Part shown: piece by piece, positions 63,094 to 64,000 of the stretch
How the letters are laid out: the number at the start of each line of letters is the position of its first letter
Position numbering within the stretch: position 1 is the first letter of the stretch
Virus record (IMG/VR): IMGVR_UViG_3300000944_000006
Location: 18,380 to 82,379 of that record
Source: a virus
Lineage: Duplodnaviria; Heunggongvirae; Uroviricota; Caudoviricetes
Reading direction: 5' to 3' (one strand)
Length of the DNA stretch: 64,000 nucleotides
Made by a program: the position numbers and the translations under genes
Notes under the pieces: model-generated
What the model saw: the letters and a program-made list of their open reading frames with translations, nothing else
Database searches by the model: none
Told to the model about the DNA's origin: nothing

Positions 63094-63748
63094 AAAAAAT
63101 GTTTGGATATTTTTTAGACTTTACTCTATTTCTATAATAGCTTGGGTTCTTTTTCAAAAGTCTTTCTGCTGTTCCACATGTTTCATAAATTACACCATCT
63201 ACAGAAATTCTTTTGCCCGCACTAGGATTATTTCTACCCAATTTAGATTTTCGTAATTTAGTTTTAGTTTCTTCTGAATGTTTATATCCATTTTTCATTC
63301 GTGTTGATATAGATTTTTCAACAATTTCTTTTGGAATGGTTCTGCCGATTAAAGATTTAGATATATTTTCTCTTCGTTTTTTTGTATGTTTTGTTCCTTT
63401 TAAAGAATTTGAAATTTTCAATTTTGTTTCATCAGAATGTTGATATCCGTGCCTTCCATATTTTTCATTGCCGCCAACACCACCTTGCCTTAAATTATAT
63501 GTGTTAGGATTTTTTACAAATTCTTTATTTACTACCTCTTTTTCCTTCTTAAAAATTTCTTCCTTTGACAAACATTCAAATAATATTTCTTTTTTAAAGT
63601 TTTTCCTACCATATTTTTTTATAGATTTTTTAATAACTACGCCACTTCCCAAATATCCATCATTTGGGTTAGATGTTTTGTGAACGCCAACATAAATTTT
63701 TCCATTTATAACATTTGTTATCTTATAAAGCGTATATATTTTTTTCAT
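63077..63748 (-). CDS. GIY-YIG homing endonuclease (second copy)
   Basis: MKKIYTLYKITNVINGKIYVGVHKT...YLGSG... plus NUMOD3-like repeats. About 60% identical over the N-terminal domain to the 782..1420 protein. Start set at MKKIY. TATAAATA (63754-63761, minus) lies 5 nt upstream. Confidence 0.7.
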   Translation of the reverse strand: MKKIYTLYKITNVINGKIYVGVHKTSNPNDGYLGSGVVIKKSIKKYGRKNFKKEILFECLSKEEIFKKEKEVVNKEFVKNPNTYNLRQGGVGGNEKYGRHGYQHSDETKLKISNSLKGTKHTKKRRENISKSLIGRTIPKEIVEKSISTRMKNGYKHSEETKTKLRKSKLGRNNPSAGKRISVDGVIYETCGTAERLLKKNPSYYRNRVKSKKYPNIFYVDGE

Positions 63749-63771
63749 AATATTATTTATAAGATAACAAA

Positions 63772-64000
63772 TCAGTTGAACCAATCCGCTAACTGACTTA
63801 CAACAAGTTTTTTCCACATTGGGTCTGATAAATCAGCCGCATAAGGCACAAGATATCCAAATTCACGAATAGGTATGTACTTGTCTTTCGGCAGTCTACT
63901 AAACCAATCTTTACAAAGTTTTAAAAGAACTTTTTTATTCTCTAAAGGAACGTCATATCTATCGCCAACAAATTCAAGAATATCTTCAAGACGCCCAAAA
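63772..64000 (-). CDS. partial CDS running off the window edge (C-terminal about 75 codons)
   Basis: Open minus-strand frame ending ...QLADWFN stop at 63772. The N-terminus lies outside the window. Confidence 0.4.
   Translation of the reverse strand, partial: FGRLEDILEFVGDRYDVPLENKKVLLKLCKDWFSRLPKDKYIPIREFGYLVPYAADLSDPMWKKLVVSQLADWFN

Noticed and set aside
1-64000. Possibility that this is a giant eukaryotic virus (Mimiviridae-like) rather than a phage. Prompted by AT-richness, CysRS, inteins, GIY-YIG genes and an AAAATTGA octamer near position 47.
   Set aside because: Genes are short and tightly packed with Shine-Dalgarno sequences. Sigma70-type and T4 late promoter boxes are present. The primase is T4 gp61-like, nrdA/nrdB are translationally coupled, and tRNAs have bacterial/phage architecture. 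The single AAAATTGA is not upstream of a gene on its strand.

Overview
This AT-rich window looks like part of a T4-like (Straboviridae-related) myovirus genome. The call rests on a gp61-type zinc-ribbon/TOPRIM primase, a class I ribonucleotide reductase pair (NrdA carrying a LAGLIDADG intein, then NrdB), T4-style late promoter boxes (TATAAATA) together with sigma70-like early promoters, phage tRNAs, free-standing GIY-YIG and HNH homing endonucleases, and a late structural block. Almost all genes lie on the minus strand. Recognisable products include a C-terminally truncated cysteinyl-tRNA synthetase that abuts a GIY-YIG endonuclease gene; tRNA-Met/Ile2(CAU), tRNA-Lys(UUU), tRNA-Arg(UCU), a tRNA 3' half remnant and a non-canonical tRNA-like element; a minimal ATP-dependent DNA ligase; a NADAR-domain protein; a divergent NAMPT-family protein whose canonical active-site residues appear substituted; a RelA/SpoT-like small alarmone synthetase with an overlapping upstream gene and a neighbouring ParB-nuclease-domain gene; a 2OG-Fe(II) oxygenase; a SleB-type cell-wall hydrolase; an M15 peptidase; a PD-(D/E)xK nuclease; a trypsin-like protease; an SPFH/band-7 lipoprotein; a RuvC-like resolvase; a Dam-like methyltransferase; and a MazG-like protein. 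A second LAGLIDADG intein sits exactly at the putative catalytic cysteine of a papain/transglutaminase-like protein. Four copies of an ~85-bp palindrome-containing early promoter/leader cassette sit in front of unrelated genes, and one copy lacks a start codon (ATG replaced by ATA). A tandem trio of genes shares an N-terminal M-T-K-N-I-x-x-H-L-x-E leader resembling T4 capsid-targeting sequences. Two expanded families of small paralogous proteins (MYKYKI... and ...FKYKLTG...Y-x-IP-E-D-E-I) occur in tandem arrays. All function calls come from motif recognition by eye. No database searches were run.
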